This document shows, in pieces, positions 9,437 through 18,770 of a stretch of DNA of 64,000 bases (position 1 is its first letter; each line of letters begins with the position of its first letter). This DNA comes from Patescibacteria group bacterium (GTDB taxonomy: Bacteria; Patescibacteriota; Minisyncoccia; 2-02-FULL-40-12). The position numbers and the translations under genes were made by a program. The stretch is from the NCBI GenBank assembly GCA_038062015.1, contig JBBTXZ010000005.1, positions 24,215 through 88,214 of the forward strand, written 5' to 3'. The notes below the pieces were generated by a model that saw only the letters and a list, made by a program, of their open reading frames with translations, did no database searches and was not told the DNA's origin.

Positions 9437-10482
9437 ACGGAGAACGCTCATTATTTGATATCTCAACCGCCGCTATTTTTAAATTCATAATAATCGTTTT
9501 GTTTTTTGTTTTGCTTTATCAGGTCCGGCAGGTCATTTTTATTCTTTTTTTTGCGATTATAATCGCTTCGGCGATGAATCCTTTTGGCCAGTGGCTTGAC
9601 CGCAAAAGGATTCCCCGCCTTCTGGGCATTTTGGTTTTATACCTGTCAATATTCCTTTTGGTGGTTTTCATTCTTACTTTGATTATTCCTTTTTTTTCAC
9701 AGGAAATCGGCCAGCTGACTGAAGACTTGCCGAGGTTTATCGCCCAAGTGACGGCTTCGCTTGAAGCTATTAAAAGCGAGTCAGGGACTTTTGATATCGT
9801 CAGTCAGCTTGTAGGAATTCTAGATAGTTTTTCCCAGTTTCTTCAGGAGTCAAGTCAATCTGCCGTTGGTTTGATTATAAACATTTTCGGAGGCATTATT
9901 TCGTTTTTCGGGGTGGTGATCATTTCATTTTATCTTTCGGTGATGAGAGGCGGAATTGACCAGTTTTTGAAGTCGGTTGTGCCGGATAAATACGAAAAAT
10001 ATATATTGGACTTATGGCACCGTTCTGAAAAAAATTTGGGCCGCTGGTTTCAGGTCCAGCTACTATTATCTTTGATCGTCGGCTTGATGACTTTTATCGG
10101 TCTGTCTTTGCTCGGCATAAAATTCGCTCTTGTCTTAGCTGGTTTGATTATGATTTTAGAATTAGTGCCTAATGTCGGTCCGGTCTTGGCCGCTATTCCG
10201 GCTGTGGGCTTAGCCTTTTTCCAGTCGCCTTCTTTGGGCTTCTGGACGATTGTTCTTTATATTGGAATCCAACAGATTGAAAATCAGGTTTTGACGCCGT
10301 TGATTATAGGCCGGACACTGGGTATTAATCCGGTGGTGGTGATTATTTCTTTGCTCGTCGGATTTAATTTAGCTGGGATTTTGGGGATGATTTTAGCGGT
10401 GCCGGTGGCCACTGTGATAGTGGAGTTGTTTAATGACATTGTTGAGAAAAAAGAAAAAGCCAGAGCCGCAGCTGGAGGCTAG
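9433..10482 (+). CDS. AI-2E family transporter
   Basis: Multi-TM; ELVPNVGP, QQIENQVLTP, GILGMILAVP. Confidence 0.88.
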   Translation: MNGERSLFDISTAAIFKFIIIVLFFVLLYQVRQVIFILFFAIIIASAMNPFGQWLDRKRIPRLLGILVLYLSIFLLVVFILTLIIPFFSQEIGQLTEDLPRFIAQVTASLEAIKSESGTFDIVSQLVGILDSFSQFLQESSQSAVGLIINIFGGIISFFGVVIISFYLSVMRGGIDQFLKSVVPDKYEKYILDLWHRSEKNLGRWFQVQLLLSLIVGLMTFIGLSLLGIKFALVLAGLIMILELVPNVGPVLAAIPAVGLAFFQSPSLGFWTIVLYIGIQQIENQVLTPLIIGRTLGINPVVVIISLLVGFNLAGILGMILAVPVATVIVELFNDIVEKKEKARAAAGG

Positions 10483-10517
10483 AAGCTGGAGGCTGGAGGT
10501 TGGAAGCTGGAAATAGT

Positions 10518-11192
10518 ATGGCTATTCTTTATATTGTTGCCACGCCGATCGGCAATTTGAAAGATTTCACGACCCGTGCCATCGAAACCTTGAAAGAGGT
10601 TGATTTTATTTTAGCCGAAGATACTCGTGAAACCATTAAACTTTTAAACTTTTATACCATCAAGAAACCATTAATATCATACTTTCAGCATAGCCGACTT
10701 AGTAAGATTGAGTATATTTTGGATTTATTAAAACAGGGGAAAAGCCTGGCTTTGGTTTCTGATGCCGGCACGCCCGGAATAAATGATCCGGGCGGAAAAC
10801 TGGTTGCCGAGATTGTTAAAAGGTTTGGCGATTCCGTGAGAATAGTTCCTATCCCCGGGCCGAATGCGGCAATTACGGCATTAAGTATCTGTGGTTTAAA
10901 TGCTGACCGATTTATGTTTTTAGGCTATCTGCCTCATAAAAAGGGCCGACAAAAGTTTTTTACCGAAATCTTGAAATCACGATATCCCGTAATAATTTAT
11001 GAATCGCCCCATCGGATTTTAAAAACCCTGAATGAGCTAGACGGATTTGAAGAATTAAAAAACCGCGAAATTGTCGTCTGTCGCGAACTGACTAAAAAAT
11101 TCGAGACGATTTATCGCGGCACGATTTCCGAGGTTTTATTAAAAATTGAGAGAGGCATAGTAAAAGGGGAGTTTACTGTCGTTATAAAATGA
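10518..11192 (+). CDS. rsmI: 16S rRNA (cytidine1402-2'-O)-methyltransferase
   Basis: LYIVATPIGNL, AEDTR, LVSDAGTPGINDPG, YESPHR, RELTKKFE, KGEF. Confidence 0.95.
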   Translation: MAILYIVATPIGNLKDFTTRAIETLKEVDFILAEDTRETIKLLNFYTIKKPLISYFQHSRLSKIEYILDLLKQGKSLALVSDAGTPGINDPGGKLVAEIVKRFGDSVRIVPIPGPNAAITALSICGLNADRFMFLGYLPHKKGRQKFFTEILKSRYPVIIYESPHRILKTLNELDGFEELKNREIVVCRELTKKFETIYRGTISEVLLKIERGIVKGEFTVVIK

Positions 11193-11227
11193 TCCCTAAA
11201 TTTATGCTATAGCATAAATTTAGGGAT
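11192..11227. repeat. 36-bp perfect palindrome abutting the stop of PaaX-like gene 1
   Basis: atccctaaatttatgcta|tagcataaatttagggat. Confidence 0.95.
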
Positions 11228-11228
11228 A

Positions 11229-11783
11229 TTATTCTAGATTGTATTTCTTTTTTAATTTAGTTTCACCGTCTATTTCGGTTATCTCGCCTAATTTTACAAA
11301 AGGTTTAACTTCAAAGAGTTTTAGTATAAACTCTACCTCGTTCTCTAATGGATAAGGATGAATCCAAACGCTTTTCTGGAACTGGTATAAGCCAAGCCCT
11401 TTTAGTTTTTCTCTTAATGCGTTAGCCCGACCTTTAAATTTATTAGGGATGTCAAACATAACAAAACGCCATTTGCCGTCCCATTTTTTCATTGGCCTGA
11501 TTTTTAATTTTTCAAGATCGTATCCAAGTATTTTCTTTTTTCCATTTTTGGATAATTCGACTTTCATACTGCCATCGGGATTTTCTTTTATAATGATAAG
11601 TTTTCGTTCTTTAAGAGCGTGGATTACTTTGCCGATTTTATTATTGTATTTTCTTTTGATGAATTTATTTTTATTTAAGGCACTGAAAATGTTTGGAGCC
11701 ATTGCTCCGGTGATAGTAATTAATCCAAGTAATCCAACTCCTATTAGTATTTTTTTGATCAGTTCTTTTCTATCCGGATTCAT
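11229..11783 (-). CDS. PaaX-like protein (winged-helix-like N-terminus plus Cas2-like domain), copy 1
   Basis: KWDGKWRFVMFDIP...LREKLKGLGLYQFQKSVWIHPY. Confidence 0.8.
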   Translation of the reverse strand: MNPDRKELIKKILIGVGLLGLITITGAMAPNIFSALNKNKFIKRKYNNKIGKVIHALKERKLIIIKENPDGSMKVELSKNGKKKILGYDLEKLKIRPMKKWDGKWRFVMFDIPNKFKGRANALREKLKGLGLYQFQKSVWIHPYPLENEVEFILKLFEVKPFVKLGEITEIDGETKLKKKYNLE

Positions 11784-11796
11784 TGTTTGAATTATA

Positions 11797-11842
11797 TCTC
11801 CATCCCTAAAATTATGCTATAGCATAATTTTAGGGATGGAGA
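11797..11842. repeat. 46-bp perfect palindrome just upstream of PaaX-like gene 1
   Basis: tctccatccctaaaattatgcta|tagcataattttagggatggaga; same family as 11192-11227. Confidence 0.95.
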
Positions 11843-11942
11843 GGAACGGGGAATAATAATACGGGGAATAATAATTATGAGGATAATTATTTGATTATCA
11901 GCGACTTTATTTTTGAGTATATAGTTGATATGATTTTGTATT

Positions 11943-13439
11943 ATGGCCGGAAAATTTTCTATTACAACTGCGATACCGTATGTAAATGCCAAAGGGCATG
12001 TGGGTTTTGCCATGGAGTTGATTCAAGCTGATGTGCTTGCCCGATTTGAGCGGCTTAGAGGAAATAATGTTTTTTTCTTAACCGGAACAGATGAAAATGC
12101 TCTCAAAAATGTGCAGGCGGCGGAAAAAGCGAATAAACCAATTAGAGAATTTATCGATGAACACGCTAAAAGTTTCATTGAGCTTGCTAAATTGCTCAAT
12201 ATATCAAATGACGATTTTATAAGAACTACAGAAGGAAGGCACATAAAGGGGGCCCAGAAACTTTGGCGGGCCTGTGAAGCGGCCGGCGATATTTATAAGA
12301 AAAAATATAAAGGTTTGTATTGCGTCGGATGCGAGGAGTTTAAAACAGAAAAAGATTTAATAGACGGATTATGCCCCGAGCATAATACTAAACTCGAAGA
12401 AATCGAAGAAGAAAACTACTTTTTCAGATTGTCTAAGTATCAGGATAAAGTCGAGAAACTTATTTTTTCAGATGAGTTGCGAATTGTGCCGATAACCCGG
12501 AAGAACGAGGCCTTAAGTTTTATCCGTCAAGGATTGCAAGATTTCAGTATTTCTCGCAGCCGGGAACGAGCTAAAAATTGGGGGATTCCTGTTCCCGGGG
12601 ACGACAGTCAGATAATTTACGTGTGGTATGACGCGTTAACCTGGTTTATAAACGCTCTCGGGTATTCTGATAACGAAGAAAAGTTTAAATTGTGGTGGAG
12701 TGATCGCAACATAGATCTTATCGGCAAGGGGATAAATAGATTTCATACGATTTACTGGCCGGTGATGTTAATTTCCGCCGGTCTTCTTCCGCCCAAGGAA
12801 ATATATATTCACGGATACATAACCATTGGCGGCGAAAAAATATCCAAATCCCTCGGCAACACAATTGACCCAGTTGATTTAGTCGGAAAATACGGAGTAG
12901 AAATTGTTCGTTATTTTCTTTTGCGGGAAATTCCGTCAGACGGCGACGGTGATTTTTCTGTCAAAAAATTAGAGGCCCGCCACAATGCGGATTTAGCTAA
13001 TAATTTAGGGAATTTGGTTTCGCGGGTTGTCGCTTTGATAGAAAAGTTTTTCAGCGGCAGTTTTAACTACTCCCGAAGATTTGTTTTAAAAGAAGTTGAC
13101 GATAAAGTGATTGATATATGGAAAAAGTACAATGAAAACATAAATAATTTTAAGCTCCACATTGCTTTAGAAAATATTTTTTCTTTGGTTGATTTCGCTA
13201 ATTTATATATTGATGAGCATAAACCCTGGTCTTTGGGCGATAATCCGGAGCATCTGAATGAAGTTATGACAAATCTGATTGTGATTTTACTTAATGTGGC
13301 TTGGTTTTTAAAGCCGTTTCTGCCTGAAACTTCAAACAGGATTTTCGGTATTTTAGGCGCGGATAAAGATGGTAAATCGTGGGAAGAAAAACCGTTTCAG
13401 GTCAAACCGGAAATTTTATTTCCGAAAATAGAGCAATGA
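11943..13439 (+). CDS. metG: Methionine--tRNA ligase
   Basis: ITTAIPYVNAKGHVG, FLTGTDE, YCVGCE..CPEH, YVWYDAL, KISKSLGN. Confidence 0.96.
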   Translation: MAGKFSITTAIPYVNAKGHVGFAMELIQADVLARFERLRGNNVFFLTGTDENALKNVQAAEKANKPIREFIDEHAKSFIELAKLLNISNDDFIRTTEGRHIKGAQKLWRACEAAGDIYKKKYKGLYCVGCEEFKTEKDLIDGLCPEHNTKLEEIEEENYFFRLSKYQDKVEKLIFSDELRIVPITRKNEALSFIRQGLQDFSISRSRERAKNWGIPVPGDDSQIIYVWYDALTWFINALGYSDNEEKFKLWWSDRNIDLIGKGINRFHTIYWPVMLISAGLLPPKEIYIHGYITIGGEKISKSLGNTIDPVDLVGKYGVEIVRYFLLREIPSDGDGDFSVKKLEARHNADLANNLGNLVSRVVALIEKFFSGSFNYSRRFVLKEVDDKVIDIWKKYNENINNFKLHIALENIFSLVDFANLYIDEHKPWSLGDNPEHLNEVMTNLIVILLNVAWFLKPFLPETSNRIFGILGADKDGKSWEEKPFQVKPEILFPKIEQ

Positions 13440-13470
13440 AATATAATCCTCAAAAAATTGAGAAGAAGTG

Positions 13471-13558
13471 GTCCCGATTTTGTCTCCGACAAAGTCGGAG
13501 CTATAAAATCGAGGATCCTCGATTTGTTGATTGTGCTTCGCGCAAAACAAATCGGGAC
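13471..13558. repeat. Composite palindromic (REP-like) element between two copies of the leuS start
   Basis: Terminal IR gtcccgattt...aaatcgggac; internal hairpins ctccgac-aaa-gtcggag and aaatcgagga-tcctcgattt. Confidence 0.8.
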
Positions 13559-13565
13559 AGAAATT

Positions 13566-15986
13566 ATGAAATATAATCCAAACAAAATAGAACGAAAATG
13601 GCAACGTTACTGGGAGAATAAAAAACTTTATCAAACTAAAGATAAAGTCAAAGGCAAGAAAAATTTTTATCATTTGGTGATGTTTCCTTATACTTCAGGC
13701 GATCTTCATATGGGACATTGGTATAATTATGCGCCATCAGACGTATATGCCCGTTTCAAGCGGATGCAGGGATTAAATGTAATGGCGCCGATCGGTTTTG
13801 ACGCTTTCGGGCTTCCGGCTGAAAATGCGGCCATCCAAAGAAATATCAATCCGGCTGATTGGACCAGACAAAATATCTCGTATATGACCAAGCAATTAAA
13901 AAGCATGGGCGCAATTTTTGACTGGTCGAGAAAAGTAGAAACAATTGACCCCGAATACTATAAATGGACCCAGTGGATATTTTTGAAGTTTTATGAAAAG
14001 GGTTTGGCTTATCGAGCTAAAACAAAAGTAAATTGGTGTCCTAAGGATAAAACTGTTTTGGCTAACGAGCAGGTCGTGGATAATTGCTGCGAAAGGTGTG
14101 GGACTCAGGTGGTTCAGAAAGAATTAGTTCAGTGGATGTTTAAAATCACAAAATATGCCGATCAGCTTATTGATGATTTGGAAAAACTTGATTGGCCTGA
14201 AATAACTAAAACCGCCCAGAAGAATTGGATAGGAAGATCGCAGGGAGCAGTTATAAAATTTCAAGTTGAAAATTCAAAGAATTATGTAGATGTTTTTACG
14301 ACTAGGCCTGATACTATTTTCGGCGCTACTTTTATGGTTTTAGCGCCGGAGCATGAATTGGTTAAGAAAATTACTAAAGATCAATTTTTAGGCCAAGTAA
14401 ATAATTATCTTGAGAATGCAAAAAAGAAAACAGAGCTTGAAAGATTGGCTGAAGTAAAAGAAAAGACAGGGGTTTTTACTGGTGCTTATGCTTTCAATCC
14501 GGCAACCAAAGAGAAAATTCCGATTTGGATTTCTGATTTTGTTTTGCCTCATTACGGTACTGGCGCGATTATGGCTGTTCCGGCCCATGATGAAAGGGAT
14601 TTTGAGTTTGCAAAGAAGTTTAATTTATCCATTAGGGAAGTTATTGGCGGCGGCGATATTTTAAAAGAAGCGTACGAAGGCGAAGGTAAATTGATTAATT
14701 CGGGGAAGTTTTCCGGAATGGATTCTGAAAAAGCCAAGTGGGAAATTACAGAATTTGTCGGCGGAAAGAAAATGATTTCTTATCGGCTGCACGACTGGAT
14801 AATTTCTCGTCAGCGGTATTGGGGGGCGCCGATCCCAATGGTTTATTGCCAGAAATGTGATTGGCAGCCAGTTTCAGAAAAAGATTTGCCGGTTTTACTG
14901 CCTAAAATAAGAGATTACAAACCCCCTGGAACTGGAGAGCCGCCTTTAGTTAAAGCTAAAGATTGGCTCAATGTAAAATGTCCAAGATGTTTCGGTCAAG
15001 CTCGGCGTGAGACGGATACCATGGATGCTTTCGTTGATTCGGCTTGGTATTTTCTGCGATATAGCGATCCAAAAAACAAAAAACAATTTGCTTCAAAAGA
15101 CAAATTGGAGTCTTGGCTTCCGGTAGATATGTATATCGGCGGCCAGGAGCACGCCACTAAACACCTGCTTTATGCCAGATTTATAACCAAAGTTTTGAAT
15201 GACTCTGGTTATTTGAGTTTTGACGAGCCGTTTAAGACTATGAGGCATCAAGGTCTGATTTTGGGCCTTGACGGGAATAAAATGTCTAAATCAAGAGGCA
15301 ATATAGTTGATCCCGATGAAATGGTTAAGAAATTTGGTTCAGATTCTGTTCGAATGTATCTTTGTTTTATGGGGCCTTATGAAAACGGCGGACCTTGGGA
15401 TCCGAAAGCGATTGTTGGAGTATTCAGATTCCTAAACCGAGTTTGGAATCTGATAAAACCCAAATTCCAAAATCCAAATGACAAATCAATTCCAAATTCC
15501 AAAATCCAAAACAAAGAATTAGATAAAGTTTTCAATAAAGCGATTAAAAAAGTTGGCGAAGATATAGAAAACTTAAGATTTAACACAGCGGTGAGCGAAT
15601 TGATGAAGTTACTTAACGAAATAGAAGATTTTATTAATAAAGGTTTTACGTTTCAAGTTTCAAGCTTCAAGGTCTTTTTGAAATTGCTGGCGCCATTCGC
15701 GCCGCATTTAGCTGAAGAGCTTTGGCATCAGATTGGGAACAAAAAATCAATCCATTTAGAAAAGTGGCCGGAGTATAACCCGAAACTTATTGAAGATGAG
15801 ACAGTTGATTTGGTGATTCAAGTTAATGGCCGGACTCGGGATGTAATCAAAGCCCCGCATGATTTAACCGAGCCGCAAGCCCGCGAATTGGCTCTAGCTT
15901 CGGAAAAAATCAAAAAATACGTTTCCGGAAAAGAAATCAAAAAATTTATTTACATCCCCAACAAAATCGCTAATATAGTAATTTAA
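13566..15986 (+). CDS. leuS: Leucine--tRNA ligase
   Basis: MFPYTSGDLHMGH, GFDAFGLPAEN, FTTRPDT, SRQRYWGAPIP, KMSKS. Real start is MKYNPNKIE at 13566. Confidence 0.97.
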   Translation: MKYNPNKIERKWQRYWENKKLYQTKDKVKGKKNFYHLVMFPYTSGDLHMGHWYNYAPSDVYARFKRMQGLNVMAPIGFDAFGLPAENAAIQRNINPADWTRQNISYMTKQLKSMGAIFDWSRKVETIDPEYYKWTQWIFLKFYEKGLAYRAKTKVNWCPKDKTVLANEQVVDNCCERCGTQVVQKELVQWMFKITKYADQLIDDLEKLDWPEITKTAQKNWIGRSQGAVIKFQVENSKNYVDVFTTRPDTIFGATFMVLAPEHELVKKITKDQFLGQVNNYLENAKKKTELERLAEVKEKTGVFTGAYAFNPATKEKIPIWISDFVLPHYGTGAIMAVPAHDERDFEFAKKFNLSIREVIGGGDILKEAYEGEGKLINSGKFSGMDSEKAKWEITEFVGGKKMISYRLHDWIISRQRYWGAPIPMVYCQKCDWQPVSEKDLPVLLPKIRDYKPPGTGEPPLVKAKDWLNVKCPRCFGQARRETDTMDAFVDSAWYFLRYSDPKNKKQFASKDKLESWLPVDMYIGGQEHATKHLLYARFITKVLNDSGYLSFDEPFKTMRHQGLILGLDGNKMSKSRGNIVDPDEMVKKFGSDSVRMYLCFMGPYENGGPWDPKAIVGVFRFLNRVWNLIKPKFQNPNDKSIPNSKIQNKELDKVFNKAIKKVGEDIENLRFNTAVSELMKLLNEIEDFINKGFTFQVSSFKVFLKLLAPFAPHLAEELWHQIGNKKSIHLEKWPEYNPKLIEDETVDLVIQVNGRTRDVIKAPHDLTEPQARELALASEKIKKYVSGKEIKKFIYIPNKIANIVI

Positions 15987-15988
15987 CA

Positions 15989-16627
15989 ATGAAAACAATC
16001 AAAGTTGACTTAAAAGGCGATTTTTCCGAGGCAATCCGGGAGGCGGTTGCGGTTTTAAAACTGGGCGGAACAATAATTTATCCAACCGATACCTTATACG
16101 CCCTTGGAGCGAATGCTCTTGAACTTGGTCCAGTTGAGCGGGTTTTTAAGATAAAAGACAGGGCCAGAGAAAAACCGTTGCCTCTCGCTGTCAGAAATGT
16201 ACAGTGGGCAAAAGAACTCTCCTTTATTTATAAAAAGGAAGAAAAAATTTTAAATTCGGTTTGGCCGGGAGCAGTGACCGTCGTTCTTCCTAAAAGAAAT
16301 ATAGTGTCTAGTATTGTAACGGCTGGCCAGCCAAGCGTGGCTCTGCGGGTGCCAAACTATCCTTTCGTGGACAGACTATTGGGCCATTTCGGTTACCCTT
16401 TGACTGCAACTTCAGCTAACATTTCCGGTGAGGAGGCTTCCAGAAAGATTTCAGAAGTGATTGATCTGTTCAAAGAAAATTACTATAAACCTGATTTAGT
16501 AATTGATGCCGGAGATTTACCTGAATCAGAGCCGTCAACGATTTTGGATTTGACTACGGACAGGCCGAAAATTTTGAGGGTTGGTCCAGTGAAGCCCGAG
16601 ACCTTAAGAAAATTATTGGAAGTATGA
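15989..16627 (+). CDS. tsaC: L-threonylcarbamoyladenylate synthase (Sua5/YrdC)
   Basis: YPTDTLYALG, KDRAREKPL, WPGAVT, TATSANISG, PSTILD. Confidence 0.9.
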   Translation: MKTIKVDLKGDFSEAIREAVAVLKLGGTIIYPTDTLYALGANALELGPVERVFKIKDRAREKPLPLAVRNVQWAKELSFIYKKEEKILNSVWPGAVTVVLPKRNIVSSIVTAGQPSVALRVPNYPFVDRLLGHFGYPLTATSANISGEEASRKISEVIDLFKENYYKPDLVIDAGDLPESEPSTILDLTTDRPKILRVGPVKPETLRKLLEV

Positions 16628-17790
16628 TTAAAGATTTAATTAAAAAAGAACTTACCCGCCAGAAAAAAGTGATCAATCTGATTCCCTCCGAAAACTATCC
16701 CTCCAAAAATGTTTCGGCGGCTTTAGGAAGCCAATTGACTTCAAAATATTCTGAAGGGTATCCGGGCAAAAGATATTATGCCGGGAATAAAGTAATGGAT
16801 GAAATTGAGTTGGAAGCGCAGAATTTAGCCCGTAAGGTTTTTGGCTTGTCAAAAAACTGGCATGTTAATGCCCAGCCGTATTCCGGCTCGCCGGCCAATA
16901 TGGCGGTTTATTACGCTTTGCTTGAACCGGGCGAAAAAATCATGGGAATGAGCCTGCCTTTTGGCGGCCATCTTACCCATGGCTGGAAAGTGAATTTTTC
17001 GGCGCGTTTCTATAAAGCCGTGCAGTATCAGGTGGGCAAAGATGGATTTCTTGATTATTCTGCGATTAGAAGGCTTGCCCTTAAAGAAAAGCCTAAAATC
17101 ATAGTGGCCGGCGCCACCGCTTATCCAAGAAAATTTGATTTTCAGAAATTTGGCACAATCGCCCGCGAGGCCGGCGCATATTTTCTTGCAGATATTTCAC
17201 ATGAGGCCGGGCTTATTGCGGCCAAGTTGCACCCCTCGCCGTTTCCGCATGCGGATATAGTGACTACTACAACCCATAAAACGCTTCGCGGCCCGCGAGC
17301 CGCAGTTATTTTTGCAAACCTAAAATCGGTGTTAGCGAAACGAAACGGCGTTGAAATGGCTAAAGCAATTGACCGGGCAGTGTTCCCGGGGCTTCAAGGT
17401 GGGCCTCATATGAATACAATCGCGGCAATGGGGATTGCTTTTGAGGAAGCATTGAAGCCGGATTTCAAAAATTACATCAAACAAGTGGTTAAAAACGCGA
17501 AAGTTTTAGCCAATGAATTAAAAAAGTACGGCTTCAATTTAGTTTCCGGCGGAACCGACAATCATCTTATTCTGGTTGATTTGAAAAACAAGAACATCTC
17601 GGGCCGCGAAGCCCAAGACCGTCTTGAGAAATCAGGCATTATCGTCAATCGAAATACCGTGCCAGGCGATGAATCGCCGTTTAATCCAAGCGGTCTTCGC
17701 CTCGGCACCCCGGCTGAAACCACTCGCGGAGCTAAAGAAAAAGATATGGTAAAAATCGCTCAAAAAATCGCCGAGATTTTGAAAAATTGA
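16624..17790 (+). CDS. glyA: Serine hydroxymethyltransferase
   Basis: LIPSEN, KYSEGYPGKRYY, GGHLTHG, TTTTHKTLRGPR, FPGLQGGP. Confidence 0.97.
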   Translation: MIKDLIKKELTRQKKVINLIPSENYPSKNVSAALGSQLTSKYSEGYPGKRYYAGNKVMDEIELEAQNLARKVFGLSKNWHVNAQPYSGSPANMAVYYALLEPGEKIMGMSLPFGGHLTHGWKVNFSARFYKAVQYQVGKDGFLDYSAIRRLALKEKPKIIVAGATAYPRKFDFQKFGTIAREAGAYFLADISHEAGLIAAKLHPSPFPHADIVTTTTHKTLRGPRAAVIFANLKSVLAKRNGVEMAKAIDRAVFPGLQGGPHMNTIAAMGIAFEEALKPDFKNYIKQVVKNAKVLANELKKYGFNLVSGGTDNHLILVDLKNKNISGREAQDRLEKSGIIVNRNTVPGDESPFNPSGLRLGTPAETTRGAKEKDMVKIAQKIAEILKN

Positions 17791-17814
17791 CATTTTAGTA
17801 ATTTCCTGTATAGT
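17787..17814 (+). promoter_or_regulatory. Sigma70-type promoter for 17893 gene
   Basis: TTGACA (17787-92), 16-bp spacer, TATAGT (17809-14); AGGAGA SD before ATG 17893. Confidence 0.6.
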
Positions 17815-17892
17815 TTAATATACCAAGAAAGTCCTGAAATAGGGACTTTCCAGAGAGCAATTCCGCTTTTTGAAAACATAGGAGAACTGACC

Positions 17893-18648
17893 ATGTCTGA
17901 ACAATTGGTCGGTGCGTTGCCGGGCGAAGTGCTTGGTACGCTGGCGGACATTATGCTGAAGCTCAAAAACGGCGGTATCTCGCCCGACGAGCTTAAGCAG
18001 TTCGCCAAACGGGAAAATCCGTTCGAGATCGTTGTAGTGTCGGCCCCGAAGGCCGCGCCAACGATCCAGACAATCGAGGAGCTTCTGGATGACTGGGTCA
18101 ACTTCTATCGAAACGTTTTCGCGGAGGACCTTGACTTAACTAGCCTGCGAGTACCCGACCGGCACGAGGGCTTTGACCGGCTTATCATCGTCGCCAAGGG
18201 TATGTCCCCGGAACGTGTTTTCCAAAAGATGCAAGAATTCTTTACTTGCTGGAAATACACGGGTAACCGGAGTCTCGACGAAGTCGTGTTCGACGCCGAC
18301 GGCGTGGAAAAGAAGCGCCGCCGCTCCGACCGCGAAACCCACGCTGTCTGGGTGCGCAACCGGATTGAGGCCGATCAAGAATTGAAGAATCAATCGGCCA
18401 ACCAGCTCAAGGAGTGCGGCATTCCCGGGATCACCTTGGAAGCGCGCGAGCTTTACGAGCTTAAATACTTCAGGGAAACCGGAAAGCACCTCGACATCAG
18501 CAATTGGACGCTTTGCGCGGGTTCGCGCCGCGTCGGTGGCCATGTGCCGGGCATGGGTTGGGACGGCGGCGACCGCAGGGTCGAGGTCTATTGGTTCAAT
18601 CCTTCGCATGCCTTCGCCTATCTCCGTTCCCGCGAAGCAGTTTCGTAA
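17893..18648 (+). CDS. Putative DGR-type target protein (VR-like C-terminus), GC-richer than neighbours
   Basis: C-terminus WTLCAGSRRVGGHVPGMGWDGGDRRVEVYWFNPSHAFAYLRSREAVS; N-terminus resembles that of the DGR target at 51867. Confidence 0.6.
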   Translation: MSEQLVGALPGEVLGTLADIMLKLKNGGISPDELKQFAKRENPFEIVVVSAPKAAPTIQTIEELLDDWVNFYRNVFAEDLDLTSLRVPDRHEGFDRLIIVAKGMSPERVFQKMQEFFTCWKYTGNRSLDEVVFDADGVEKKRRRSDRETHAVWVRNRIEADQELKNQSANQLKECGIPGITLEARELYELKYFRETGKHLDISNWTLCAGSRRVGGHVPGMGWDGGDRRVEVYWFNPSHAFAYLRSREAVS

Positions 18649-18681
18649 TCTTGTACCTTTAATCTTATAACCTTTCTTCCG

Positions 18682-18728
18682 CGGCTCTACTAAAGGAGGT
18701 GATTCTAAAGTAGAGCCGTTTTATTTTT
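18682..18728 (+). terminator. Hairpin plus T-tract after 17893 gene
   Basis: cggctctact / agtagagccg stem followed by ttttattttt. Confidence 0.7.
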
Positions 18729-18770
18729 CGAAAAATTGTATAAAAAGTAAATTTCTATTAATTTATAGTT

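Noticed and set aside
11229-11783. CRISPR-Cas locus suggested by Cas2-like domains (also 43635-44231)
   Set aside because: No repeat-spacer array, cas1 or effector gene in the window; the proteins are longer PaaX-like forms.
13458-13565. N-terminal extensions in the ORF track for leuS (also tuf, rplX, ndk, pgk, DHH, cobO)
   Set aside because: They come from upstream repeats or overlaps with the previous gene; downstream ATGs match the conserved N-termini.
18500-18648. Second VR of the TR at 52787-52893
   Set aside because: Many differences fall at non-adenine TR positions, so this TR cannot template it.
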